DNA of 64,000 nucleotides from Paraspadella gotoi (Eukaryota; Animalia; Chaetognatha): NCBI GenBank assembly GCA_051294375.1, contig CM119271.1, forward strand, positions 15,816,770 to 15,880,769, in the 5' to 3' direction. The first letter of the stretch is position 1. Each line of letters begins with the position of its first letter. Below are positions 51,259 through 63,429 of the stretch, piece after piece. Position numbers and translations under genes: made by a program. The notes below the pieces were generated by a model. That model had not been told where the DNA came from. It saw only the letters and a list, made by a program, of their open reading frames with translations, and ran no database searches.

Positions 51259-53224
51259 TTCGTTGACTTCGAGGACTCTCGCGACGCCGACGACGCGATC
51301 CAGGATCTCGATGGAAAATCAATCTGCGGTCGACGCGTTCAAGTGGAGATGGCGACGGGAGAGCGGAACCGCCCGCGATACGGTCAGTCGGCGAAGGAAG
51401 GGAAAAGAGACTAAAGGTTTAATTAGGTTTAATTAATTAAAGAATTATTTGGTTTTTGGACAGTTTTTTTTTTTTTTTTTTAAGTTGCAAAGGAAAAAGA
51501 GGAAAAACGGCGAGACATTGTGAGACATTGTGATATGAGAGAGTTGTTCTTAATCGCGTGAATGCCTTCAAAAGGAATGTAGTTTGATAAAAAATATATT
51601 TAAATTTCCTTTCAGAAGGCATTCAGCGTCCCCCCCCCCACCCCCAATATTTTCAACGGAAAAAAGAAACTTGAGATTTTTTAACGGATTTCTTTTTTTC
51701 AAATCGTATTCCTCAGATTCCAACACACAATTCCTTTCCGAAATCCCGATGTGATGATCCTATGTCTCTGATGATCCGTGATCCTTGCCTTCTCTCTCTC
51801 GTGCGCCGACGAGAGAGAGAGAAAAAAAAATATCCGCGCGCGCACTCTCTCTCGCCTCGCCGTGAGAATGAGAGAGAGAGAGAGAGTGCGATAGAGAGAG
51901 AGAGTCCGTCCCAGACGATCCCCGTCTACCTCCACACGTACAGAGAATCCGCGTGTCCTTAACCAAAAAAAAAAAAGTCTTCCTTCCTGTTCCGATGAGT
52001 AAAAATCCCGCTGCGGCGAGGAAAACGCGTAACGCCATCTCTTCTTCTTCTTCATCGCCCGAATCCAAATTAAAAGAGTATAATCCATTTTGTAATCAAT
52101 GCCCAAAAAAAAGTATGTTTTGGTAAAGAGAGGAAGAGAGAAAGTTTTCTTAAAATTTTTTGTTAAAAAGTTTTTTGTTTTTTTTTTAAGACGGGGCATG
52201 AATTAAGTATTACTAGACGATAATTATTTAATCTGAATGTTGACGGTAACCCCTAAGGCAACAATGTCACCTAAGCTGATCTATTACTATCGCGATAACG
52301 CGACTTCATCCGCGATAGATTAATAGACCCGCCTACATGACGTCACATTTACTTTGAACCAATCGTTTGGCGTCGATTGCGTATTCGACTCTTCTCGCAT
52401 CGTCATCTATTTATCCCTCAAGGTCGCGCTCCGCCTCCGAGACGAAGCTTCAACGACAGAGGACGGGAATCTTCTTGGAAGGACAAATACGGACTTCCTC
52501 AGAGAACTAATTACGTCGTGGAGGTCAGTTTAGTGTTTAGTCAAATAATATTGATTATTATTGATTTTAAATGCTAATCAACTTGTCTTCTTTCAGATCA
52601 AAAACCTGTCGACTCGCATCAGCTGGCAGACTCTCAAGGATTACATGAGAGACGCGGGATTCGACCCGACTTACGCCGACGCTCACCGTCATCGCGATCA
52701 CGAGGCCGTCCTTCACTTTTCCACGTCAGTCTCTTTTTTCTTTTTATACCTGACCCGACCTTTTACTCACCATTTTCAATGACCTTCCAGCAAAGAGGAC
52801 ATGGAGAAAGCGGTGGAAAAGTTCGACGGGAAAGATATGAACGGAAGGAAGATTGAGATGAGCATCGTCGAGGACAACCGCCGATCCGGATCCAGGTCTT
52901 TGGGGATTTGGGATTTGGGTTTTGGATTTGGTTTTTGGATTTTGGGATTGGGATTTGGTGTTGGTTTTAAAATTAGTTAGGCCGGCCTACTCTTGGTAGA
53001 TTGACGACTATATATCAACTATTCCAGACCGTTGATTCATTTGTGCACCGATTCATTCATTCATCGATTCATTCTCTCGTTTCAGGTCCCGGTCTCGATC
53101 TCGCTCCCGGTCTCGATCACGATCCAGGTCTCGATCCCGCGATTCGCGAAAGTCCGAATCACCCAAGACGAGGAAAGACGACGACGATGACAAAGACGAT
53201 GACGAAAAAAAGGATGAGAAGTGA
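50974..53224 (+). CDS. SR protein of the SRSF4/5/6 (B52) class, 7 coding exons
   Basis: RVFIGNL...[12 protein letters not shown]...[19 protein letters not shown]; [10 protein letters not shown]; [16 protein letters not shown]...TYADAH; RS repeat. Confidence 0.93.
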
Positions 53225-55522
53225 AGAGGATCTACGGTTCTCTCTTCTCCCCTCGGATGTAATCGGTAGATGGGAGATTAGATGTTTTTGACAGATGTTT
53301 CATCTGCGGAGGGAATTCTTTAAATTAGTTATTACTTCATCTGGTTTTATCTGTTGATGGAATCTGTATGTAGAATTGTAGATGATTTGACAGTTAAATT
53401 TCTCTTTTCTCTTTGATTACATTTTTGTTTCTCTAATCATTTTCATTTCTTTTTCTTTTGATAAGTGTCTCTCTCTCACTCTTTCATGCATCGAATTCTT
53501 TCTTTCTTTTTTTTTTTGAATTTCGAGTATTATTACAGTTTAGTTCGATGTTTAATCCGCATTTCGCTTTTGTCTGGTAATAATATTACTATCATTCTTT
53601 GTATACGAATTACGATGTATTATCACGGTTTCGTTTTAGGATTTTTATATCCGTATTCAGTTTTACTCGAATTTTAAAACTCGCGCGAGAATCTCCGACT
53701 CAAAAACGTATAAAGGAAACCCAAAGAAAACTTGACAGAAACACAATAAAAACTCAAAAAGTGAAACAGAACTAAGATAAAAAAGAAAACAAAACCAAAG
53801 TGAGAAAGAAAACTCTTGCGAAACCGTGAAATCCTATCACAACTTTTCAAAAAAAATGTTTCGAAAAGAAACTCAACTGATTTTTGGGGATCAAACGTTA
53901 GAAATTTATTAATAAATTTGTTCTCGTCGTCGACACAATTCTGGGTCGATCTCCGCTTTGTCGCGCAGGAAAAGGAAATCTTTCCGCGAATGTCTTGGGT
54001 AAGTTCACGGATGTCAATGAAGAAAATGCTTACATCCGGGGTAAGTTCTCCCTCCGTCGATCCTTCCGTCGCCTCGAAAAGAAAATCCCTTCTCGTTGGT
54101 CGTCAAATTTCGGAGGAAAAAAAATTAAATATTTTTCAATCAAATTTCGCTACATTTGGTTTTTGGAAAATGATTCAGTTTCAGAGGCGGAATTTCCGGA
54201 GATTATCAGAAATACCGTGCGATGATTCTGATACAACTCTTATTTATTAATAAGTTATAAGAAATACAAGGTATTATACATCATGGTTTAAATCTGTTCT
54301 TTTTCTGTCATTCAGGCTCTGGTTTCCCAGGCAGAAAATCCTTAAGATTTAAAGGTAAGACTGAAAGGTGCGGGTGAATTTGATATTATTCGTCGTATTA
54401 AATTATAATTATATTTCAATATTAGCTACATGATGTTCTAGTAAAAGGTCTGAGCTCGGCTTCTCGAGCAACTTCGTTCGCTCGAAACTGCTCTTCCTCC
54501 TCGCGCGTCACTTTTCTAATAATTATTATCTATTATTAGTAATTTGCAATGATTGATAAAATGATTTGGAGAGAAAGAGCAAGCATCTCTTTCCCTTTCA
54601 AATCGTTCCTCAATGAAAATTAAAGGGCAGACTTTCTGAAGAGGCGCCGAGTTTAAGTTTCCCTCGTCGTTAATCCAAAGTCGCCAACAAGATGCGCGAG
54701 TCTCTCTGTCTCTATCTCTCGTCGAAAGGCGAAGGAAGAGAGAGAGAGAGAGGAAGGGAGTTTTGAGATCTCGAAGGCTGACGTCCACCTAAATCTGATT
54801 TTTTTTTTATTGCGAGAAGTCTAAATATAACTCGTATAATATGTCCTAATATCTTATGTTTTTATTACTCCCCCTTCCGTAATTGTGGCAGAGAACCGCG
54901 ACCATAATGTTAGCGCAGCATCGGTGAAGGAAATTAAAAACGACCACCGTCTCTAAGGACTGAATCTTTTGGACCCGCCTCCCACAAGTCTCCCAATGGG
55001 TCGCCGTTTTCTAGAGGCGTTGTTCCAAGCAACGCGACCCCGCCGTTGGTGGCGCTTCTGTCGGCGCCTCACTTCCTCGGCGCCGGGATTGAGACTCAAC
55101 TGTTCGGCTCTTTGCGGCGCCGGATCTCCTTGTCTTTCAAACGTTCCAGGTTTGCGCACGTCAATGAGGGGGGGCGGTATTTATAATAATTTTATTATTT
55201 TATTACTTCGTTAACTTTTTTTTTAGTCGTGAACAAAATTTTACGCTTCTTCGAAAAGAAGATTGCTCTCATCAAGTTGACCTTTTGTTCCTTGTTTTAT
55301 AATTCGTTTACAAACTCCGCTTTGATTATGGATACAGGTTCGTAGTGTGAGACTTTATTGTTCCCTAACCCTAACATAAAATTGTTTCTATATTTCAAGT
55401 GTTTTTGTTATTTTCCCACTCTTCCCATATTACCGATCTCTCATCAGCCATGGACCCGGTGATGTTTTATACTTGTTTCCATATTATTATTAATACTATT
55501 ATTATTATTATTCTTAACAGCC

Positions 55523-58500
55523 ATGGACCCGGTGATGTTTTTGGGCGAGAATTTCTCCCGCGTCTTCGGCCCAGTCTTCTTTCTCATCGTCATCTTCATG
55601 ATCGTCACCGTCGCCGCCGTTTTCTACATTTGTCTCCTGCCTCACGTGTGGAACGACTCTAAGTGGTGGACATCGGTCCACCTTCTCTTCGGCCATTTCA
55701 TTCTAGTCAATTCTCTCTTTCATTACTACAAAGGTCAACAAATCTTTATTTTCAAACGGCCCGATTTTGTCCGAATCGTTGTCCAATTTAAGATTTACTC
55801 TTGTCGTTGCAGCATCCTTTACGGATCCTGGTTCCGTCCCTCACTCGGAGGAGCGAGTCTTGCCCGAGGTCGTCTCCATCTGCAAAAAATGCATCGCGCC
55901 TAAACCACCGAGGACTCATCATTGCAGGTTTTTTTTTCTGTTTCTTTAAATTCGTTAATTTTTTAAAATTTTATCTGATTCATTTTCGTCCAATCATTAC
56001 GGTTCCCTTGTTCATAATTTTATTCTTAAATTTCTTACCATCAAATCCTCTTTTATTTTTTTAAAGCAACGATCATAGCAAATAGTTTTTCTCCACTTTT
56101 CTCCCCAGCATTTGCAAGCGATGCGTTTTGAAAATGGATCATCACTGCCCCTGGCTCAACAACTGCGTCGGTTTTTATAATCATCATCATTTTCTGTTGT
56201 TTACAATTTGGATCTGGATCGGCGCCATTTACATTTCCCTCGTCGGATATGATCGATTCAAGGAACATTACTTCGGAACGAAATACACGATCCGAGCGCC
56301 GGGTTTGCTCAGGTAATCGGGAACTCAATAAATTTGTATATTTGTCTATAAAATGTTTATATTTCGTGATACGGTGACAAAAGATTTTGCATGAAAATTT
56401 AAGAATAAATACTTTTGTCGAGAAAGAAATTATGGGTCAACGTTGAGAAGCCCCTGGTCGTACAAAGCCTTTTTCGACGCGTCGGCCAGAACAGAGTAGG
56501 CTTGCCCGATTTCCTTGAACCTCTTCTCCGCCTCTTTACGCTCGGCTTCTCCCGCCATTGTGTGTCGGTCGGGATGGTGAACCAAAGCGCATTTTCTGGA
56601 TGTTTAGGGGAAAGGGCAATAATAGTTGCTTGGAAATCGTCTTTTTAATGTCATCGTTTTAAAAAGAAAAAGGACAATCATCGAAATGATATGAAAGAAC
56701 GAGAAACGAGAAACCTGTAAGCTTTTTTGATTTCCTCATGTGTCGCGTTCCTTGAAATTCCCAAAATTTGGTAATTGTTACTTGGTCCGGTCTTGTCCCG
56801 CTCAAGCCTGACTCGTTTGAGGATCTCCCGATATTTGGCATTTCCGGTATCCATCTCACACAGTCTTTCCATATCCTCCACCGCCTTCTTGTACATCCCC
56901 AACTCTTCGTAGATTGTCGCCCTCAACGATCGAGCCTCTTGGTAGTTTTCATCGAGCTGGATTGATTTGTTGCAATCTTCGATCGCCTCGTCAAGTCGTT
57001 TTAGTTTGTGGCGTACGATGGCCCGGTCGAGGTAGAGTTTAGCGTTATTGAATCTGTTGTTAGCGTCGATGCCCAGCGCCTGCGTGTAGATGGTCTCAGC
57101 CTGGTCCCAATTGCCTGACAAGAAGGCCGCGTCACCTTCGTTTTTCATTGATTCAAGTTTCTTGGCGCGACGCAAACATGCACGTGCCTTGGAATGGTTT
57201 GGCGCCATGAATAGCACCTAAGCAGTAAAGCGTAGTAAAAATTTTAAATTTAACTTAAATTACAATTCTAAAAGTGAATATTAATGTACAAAATAATTTT
57301 ATTATAATTTTTGCAATTTAAGCAGTAGGCTATATTTATATATATTTATACATATATTTTAATCAGAAATTAAATTTTTGTTTATTAAATATATATTTTT
57401 AAAAAATTTTAACCTACTATGGTGGAATAAAATCCACCAACCGTTCATCAGCGGCCATTACTGCAGGAGGCAAGACATTCCTCTCCCAACCCCAAGGTCC
57501 GGGGTTCTTGCCCGGTGGTCGCCTCGCAGATAAGGGGGATAAGGCGCTTAACCCGCCTGTAACACGGTGTGACAGCCTGATCCGAAGCACAGGGATTGCT
57601 TATATTGAACGGTTCTGTCACTAACTCATAACAATTATTACTGTCTGAATGAAAGAATTTTTAAAAATGATTTATACTTTCTTTTATCAATGTTCACTAG
57701 CGCAAAATTTTTCATAATTGACTATTAGAATTTTCATACGTGACTTTCACTACACTTTACTAAGCAGTTATGGTTTGAGTTAGAAAGTTTATTGAAATAT
57801 CATTAGCCCTGAATTAAAATCTCACCTTTTCAAAATGTTGGTAAAGAATTTCTCCCTTATATTCGTAATATGAGCAAATTGCTAAGATAAAGTGGGCATC
57901 GTGATTTTTTTGGTCGACGCGAAGTAACTCCTCAGCAACATTCCGCGCCTCAGCAAAACGTCCCTTCATCGCCATCGCCTCTGCTCTTAGCAATTTGTAA
58001 CGCACGCACCCATGAGCGAATTCGAGTGCCAAATCCATGAAGTAGACGACCAGGGGATAATTCTCGTTAGCGTATTCCATCTCGGCACTCTGCTCGTAAG
58101 CCAGCACCGCATTGGCTCGATTTCGTTGCTCCTTGGCCGCCAGGTTGGTTGGGTCCAACAGCAAAGCCGCCTTACACGATAAGAGCGCTCCTTTGATATC
58201 TCCCAGCGCCAGAAGGCACTCGGCCTCTCGGATGCGGCCTTCGAGACGATTCGGGTCCAACGTGAGGCATTTTCTCGCGTCCGCTAAAGCGAAACCCCAT
58301 TCGTTGAGCTTGGCGTAGACGGCGGCACGGTTGCAGTAGTAGGCGGGGCGATCGGGACGAAGTTCGATCGCTTCTTTGTAGCATTCGACGGCTGAGTGGT
58401 AGAGACGCTGGGCAAAGTTTTCTTTGCCTTCAATATTTTTCGCTTCCGCTGCCAGACAACGTTTTAAATTAGGAAATGAATTTTACCGATGAAATCAATT

Positions 58501-60679
58501 TCGTTACCAGCGTCTTTCGCTTTGCTCTTGTTTTTGCGGTTGATTTTGTTGATTTCCTCCGGGGTTGCGTAGATTTCATTCGTTATGCTTTTATTGTCTT
58601 TGAGACTAATTTGGGTGGACATCGAGAAGCTCGAAATGGATGGCAACTCTCTCCATCTCTTGCTCGAATCATTGTCCTTCATCGCGTTGGATTTTTTCTT
58701 AATTTTCTCATCGTCTTCCAATCGTAAGACGAGTTCGGCCTTTGTGCCGCTGACTTTTAATCCCCGATTCTTGCAGATGGTTTTAAGATCGACCACCGTC
58801 TTTGCCCAGTAGCCCGAATTTGCTGTATCCGATTAATACGTCATGCGTAATAAATTATAATAGTAGATTTTTACTTAATAACTATGTATTATTATTAATG
58901 ATGTGACCTATGTTTTGCTTTTGGTGGTTTCCACCATTTTTATCCTCATTCTTTAATCGGTGGGCGAGTTCGTCTTTCCTGCCGCTGACTTTCAAACCTC
59001 GCACGCCGCAGATTTCCTTCAATTCTTCCACAGTTTTCGACCAGTAAGGAGTGCCTGTGCATCGTAGTAGATTATTATATATGAATTATATATGATTTAA
59101 TGAGGAGCTTTCGACCTTTAACATCATGGACCCGAAGACGTTTGACGAGGTCGTCCCTTCGTCCCGAATGATCGATGCTCCTTTCTTTGCACTCGTTCTT
59201 TAACTCATCCAGATGGAGTTCCTCGTAGGGACGAGAGTCCCTTAGATTTTCTTTTTGTCAAGAGATAAATATAAAGATTAAAAGAAATCTTCATTGGCTA
59301 ATTCTTGATATGGAGTTCTATAAAAAGATAAGTCTAAGTTAAAAGCGCAATGATGAATTCTTTTCATGTTCTCTACTTTTTGTGGACATCCTCGGACGTG
59401 ACCGAGGCGAAACCGGTTTCCGCTCCTACATCTTTTTTTTAATGAACTTAAAAAAAAAAAATAATTAAAAAAAAAAAGAAAGCCTAAAGCTTACGAACTT
59501 TAAGTAATGGTTCTTTTTTTTAGGCCCTTCCTCTTTGATCGCAGAAAAGAAACTTTTTTTTTTCTGAAATAAAAGAGACAATTTGACAGTTAAGACGATA
59601 AAAAGATTAAACGATTTGAAACAATATGACATTTAAACAATAAATGAGTATTGAGCAAGACTAATTGCACTAATGGGACTAAAAATAAAATTCAAACAAT
59701 TAAGGATCATTGCGGACATTGCAAATTGGAAAAGTATTAAGTATATCAATGAAAATTATTAATTATTAATTATATATTATAAATATAAATATTATAAATA
59801 TTATAAATATTAAAGAAACTAATTGCGTGTATGATAGAGGATCTGATCCATTTCATTGTGTTCCTTTATTTTTCAGTTTGTCTCATTTGGTGACGGAAGT
59901 CGTCGGCGACATCAAAATCTCCAAGAAGATCGTCGGTGATTTTGACCGGAAATCTTGGCTCGATAAAGTAAGATAAATTATAGTATTATTTGTTCTTTGA
60001 TATAAAAATATTGCTCGTTCATTTTCGAACATTTCTATGCGACAGGGCCACGAGCCTTCGGCCACGTGGCTCCGGGTCATCGGGCGAGAGACGACGACTT
60101 TCCCCAACGGGACCGAGGCCGTCGTCAGACCCTTGATCGCCATGAACGAAGCCCACTTTCATAATCTCGTCATTTACGAGTTCATGGTGAGGAATCTAAA
60201 ATTGGGTGGATTTTTTAAACAACTTTAATAACATAGGCTATTTTCGTTGAAAGGTGAGCGCTGCCGTTTCCGTCGTAATGATCGGTCTCATTGGTTGGCA
60301 CGCCTACCTCATAACCAAAGGTAAGCTCATTGCTTCTTTTAATTGCAATAAAATCATCCGAATACTCCTTCGTCATCGATGTTCTTTTCTTTTTTTTTAA
60401 GGCGAAACTTCCATCGAGGTTCACATCAACAAAAAAGAGAGAAACCGAATGAAGAGTCTCAATCTCGTCTACAAAAACCCGTACGACTTTGGTCCCTTGC
60501 AGAATTGGCGAATCTTCTTCGGCATCAACGACCATGGTCGGGGTTGGCTCCACGTCATCTTTCCCTCCAATCATCGACCCGACGGCGACGGGTTGACCTT
60601 CCGAACCAACGCCGCTTCCTCCGGCGGCGCCGCCATCAAACTCAGAGACAAAGACGACGGCGCCGTTCAACTCTGTTGA
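55523..60679 (+). CDS. ZDHHC16: DHHC palmitoyltransferase ZDHHC16, copy A; intron 56313-59876 hosts a nested gene
   Basis: [44 protein letters not shown] and [21 protein letters not shown]...NPYDFG; the frame is maintained across the 3.56-kb intron. Confidence 0.92.
56430..59389 (-). CDS. Nested gene: 3 SAP domains fused to a DNAJC7-type TPR array and J domain (5' end uncertain)
   Basis: SAP exons [56 protein letters not shown] and [28 protein letters not shown] are joined by phase-1 introns to DNAJC7-colinear TPRs ([33 protein letters not shown]) and to YQILG...[18 protein letters not shown]...[11 protein letters not shown]. Confidence 0.88.
57419..57646 (+). mobile_element. tRNA-derived interspersed element, copy 3 (intron of the nested gene)
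   Basis: gcggcca...tggtcgc acceptor-stem-like pairing, ggttcttgcc B-box-like motif, and a body shared with the other two copies. Confidence 0.8.
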
Positions 60680-61853
60680 TTTTTTTTTTTAAACATCGGA
60701 CGACATTCCTGACTTTATTCGCTTTGATATATAACAGTGTTTAATGTGTTTTTTTACCCGTTTATGAAATTTTAGTTGCTCCCTTTTTTTTTCTTACTTG
60801 TATCGTTAAATTAAACTTTTTTTGTACGACGAAATTATAAGTTTCAAAGTCGTTTTTTAATCTTTATGAATAGTAGTGGTTACTTTTTTTTTGTCAAATG
60901 GGCAGCTAACAAAACTCCAGAAATTCTACTTTTGTGCAAAAAAAGATTCGATTTGGTGTCGAAAATTATTTTATTTATTATGAAGAAGCGTTAAACTTCT
61001 TTTCCATTTTACTCTCATTTTGTTTTCATCATGATCATCGAATTCGCTTTCATTTATCTTTTTTTTTAGGAATTACTAATGAAGAGACGATTACTCACCT
61101 TTTTCGCTTCATAGCTTTCATCGGACGACGCTCGAGCGAAATAAATCTACGTTAATACTTAATTAATTATAAACGTTATAAACTGTTTCTTGGAATTGAG
61201 GCGACGAAAGACTTGATTTAAAATAAACTATCATCAGAGTCGAATCTTTTGACACTTTTTTTTAAAAAATAAATTCGTTATCATATCTCCAATTTATCCC
61301 CGTCTCCCTTGCTTTGACTTTTCGCGGTGCAGGTTCAGTTCACCAAGTCCAAAGATATTTTCTCATTTGAATCGAGAGGACTCGTGAATTGTCATCGACC
61401 CAATTATGACTTTGAGTCTTTATCCCTCGCGGTGGTTGTGGCTTCGTCGATGGTGGCTTTTTATTTGGCATCTCCATCTCGCGATTCGAAGGAATCTCAC
61501 TCTCAAATATTGGACGAAGGGTAGATGTTTAATTGATTTTAATTTTTATATTATATAATATTACTTATATATTTATAATCTGAGGTTGATATCTGAGAAT
61601 TTATTGTTATACCCAATACAAACCATTGTTATTACAGTCTTTAGTCTGGAAATTTTATCCGAACAGAATTCGTGGCCGCCAAATCAAAGTTGAGTTCGCT
61701 GTGGGAAAATACCGTCGATTTTAACCAAAAAGCGGACGCAGGTCACATTGTGATTGTCGGTTTAAAATAACGGTTCATTGCACGGAATGTAATAGTTATT
61801 GTAGGATTTAATTTAAGAATGATCTAAGTTTTGTCTCTTTGTGGAACCCAGCG

Positions 61854-63429
61854 ATGGACCCAATGATCAACTGGCTCGAGCGGGCGAACCGCTTGGCCGG
61901 ACCTTGCTTCGTCTTCATGACCCTCTTTGTCATTCTCGCCGTCGTCGTCATCTTTTGTCTCTGTTATCTTCCTTTCGTCTGGATGGAATCCAGGGTTCGA
62001 GTCGTCCTCATCTTCCTCTTCGGCGCTTACATTCTCTCCAATGTCTTTTTTCATTATTACAAAGGTTAAGGTTAACAATAATGTTAATAATGATGTTATT
62101 AATAAGCCTCAGCAAAGTCTTTCGATCTCATCAGCGATATTCACCGATCCGGGTTTCATAGCGAAATCAGATTGTCTCGTTTTGCGGGAAGTCGCGTCCG
62201 TTTGCGCCAAATGCGACACGCCGAGACCACCGAGGACTCATCATTGCAGGTCGTTGGTTGCTGCCAATTTTCGCGTCGCCATTCATCGTTGTTCGCTAAA
62301 GGGTCAAACTGGGGAATTATTTATTTCCAGTCTTTGCAAGAAATGCGTTTTGAAATTGGATCATCATTGTCCCTGGATTAACAACTGCATTGGATTTTAT
62401 AATCACTACGACTTTTTGATGTTTTCGTTGTGGATTTGGGTCGGGGCTATTTTCGTTTCAGTCACGGGATACGGCCAGTTTAAAGAACATTACTTGGGGT
62501 GAGCAAGAGAGTGGAAAAGGGAATGAAGGTCCTTGAAATTTCCTTCATTGCTTCGTCTATTCCACAGTTTCTACGATTTGTTCTCGATGTACTTCTGTGA
62601 CTTAGAAGCTCAATCCTGGGTAGAGTCAGTAAGTTTGTAATAATGTTGTTATTAATAATTAATAATTATTAATATTCACCGATTAGGCAACGTATTAAAA
62701 TTTCCTGGGAATATTCAGGGGAAAACGTCGGTGACTTGGCTTTACGCGTTGGAGAAAGACGAAGAGTTTCTTTTGCTTTTGTCGAATATAAGTTTATATT
62801 TTGTTGGTTGCGGGATTTCGATCCTTCGTCCATTCGCCATCATCGACGAAGGAAAACTCTACGATCTTCTCGTCGACCTCGTCCTCCAAATAGTCAAACC
62901 TTTCATCGCCATCGGAGAAATTTCCTTTCACAATTTGGTCATTTCCACTTACTTGGTGAATACACGTCAAAAACGGTTCACGCCTTTTTGAATATTTTTG
63001 TTTTTATTGTATTCTGATAGTAAATCACGTCGATACTTTGTGATCTGTTTCGACTTTCTTATCAGATTTCCGCGGGCTCTTCTCTCTTATTCATTTGGTT
63101 GATTGGAAGGCATTTGAGGATATTATCCAGAGGTAGTCGTCGTCGTCGTCTTTCGATGTTTACGAATCGGGAAGAAGTTAAATTCCTTTTCAGGTGAGAC
63201 GTCTGTCGAGGCGGTCATAAACAGAGAAAAGAAAAGAAAAGACCCCAACTTCGTCAACCCATACGATTTTGGTTTCCTGCAAAATTGGAGAATCATTTTC
63301 GGACTCGACGTTTCCGAGCGAAATATTTGGCACATTTTTTTCCCGCTTCATCACGAAGGAGAGGGAGACGGACTGACTTTTAAGACCAACTTGATGGCTG
63401 CCGCTTCTGTAGCCAAAAGGAGAGTTTAA
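61854..63429 (+). CDS. ZDHHC16: ZDHHC16 tandem paralog, copy B (more divergent)
   Basis: MDPMINW...FFHYYK, CAKCDTPRPPRTHHC, CVLKLDHHCPWINNCIGFYNH and GETSVE...NPYDFGFLQNWRI...GDGLTF; the first introns are at the same positions as in copy A. Confidence 0.88.

Noticed and set aside
51750-51790. C/D-box snoRNA (gtgatga...ctga)
   Set aside because: The boxes are only ~10 nt apart, with no terminal stem or recognisable guide.
53900-55170. Possible small minus-strand gene (fragments such as WRLWINDEGNLNSAPLQK, KVTREEEEQFRANEVARE, DFLFEATEGSTEGELTPD)
   Set aside because: Exon-like composition and some splice sites, but I could not build a stop-free, phase-consistent model or recognise a family. 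Left unresolved.
57451-57525. Functional tRNA-Gly gene
   Set aside because: D and anticodon stems do not pair and the T-loop deviates; the sequence is part of a 3-copy repeat.
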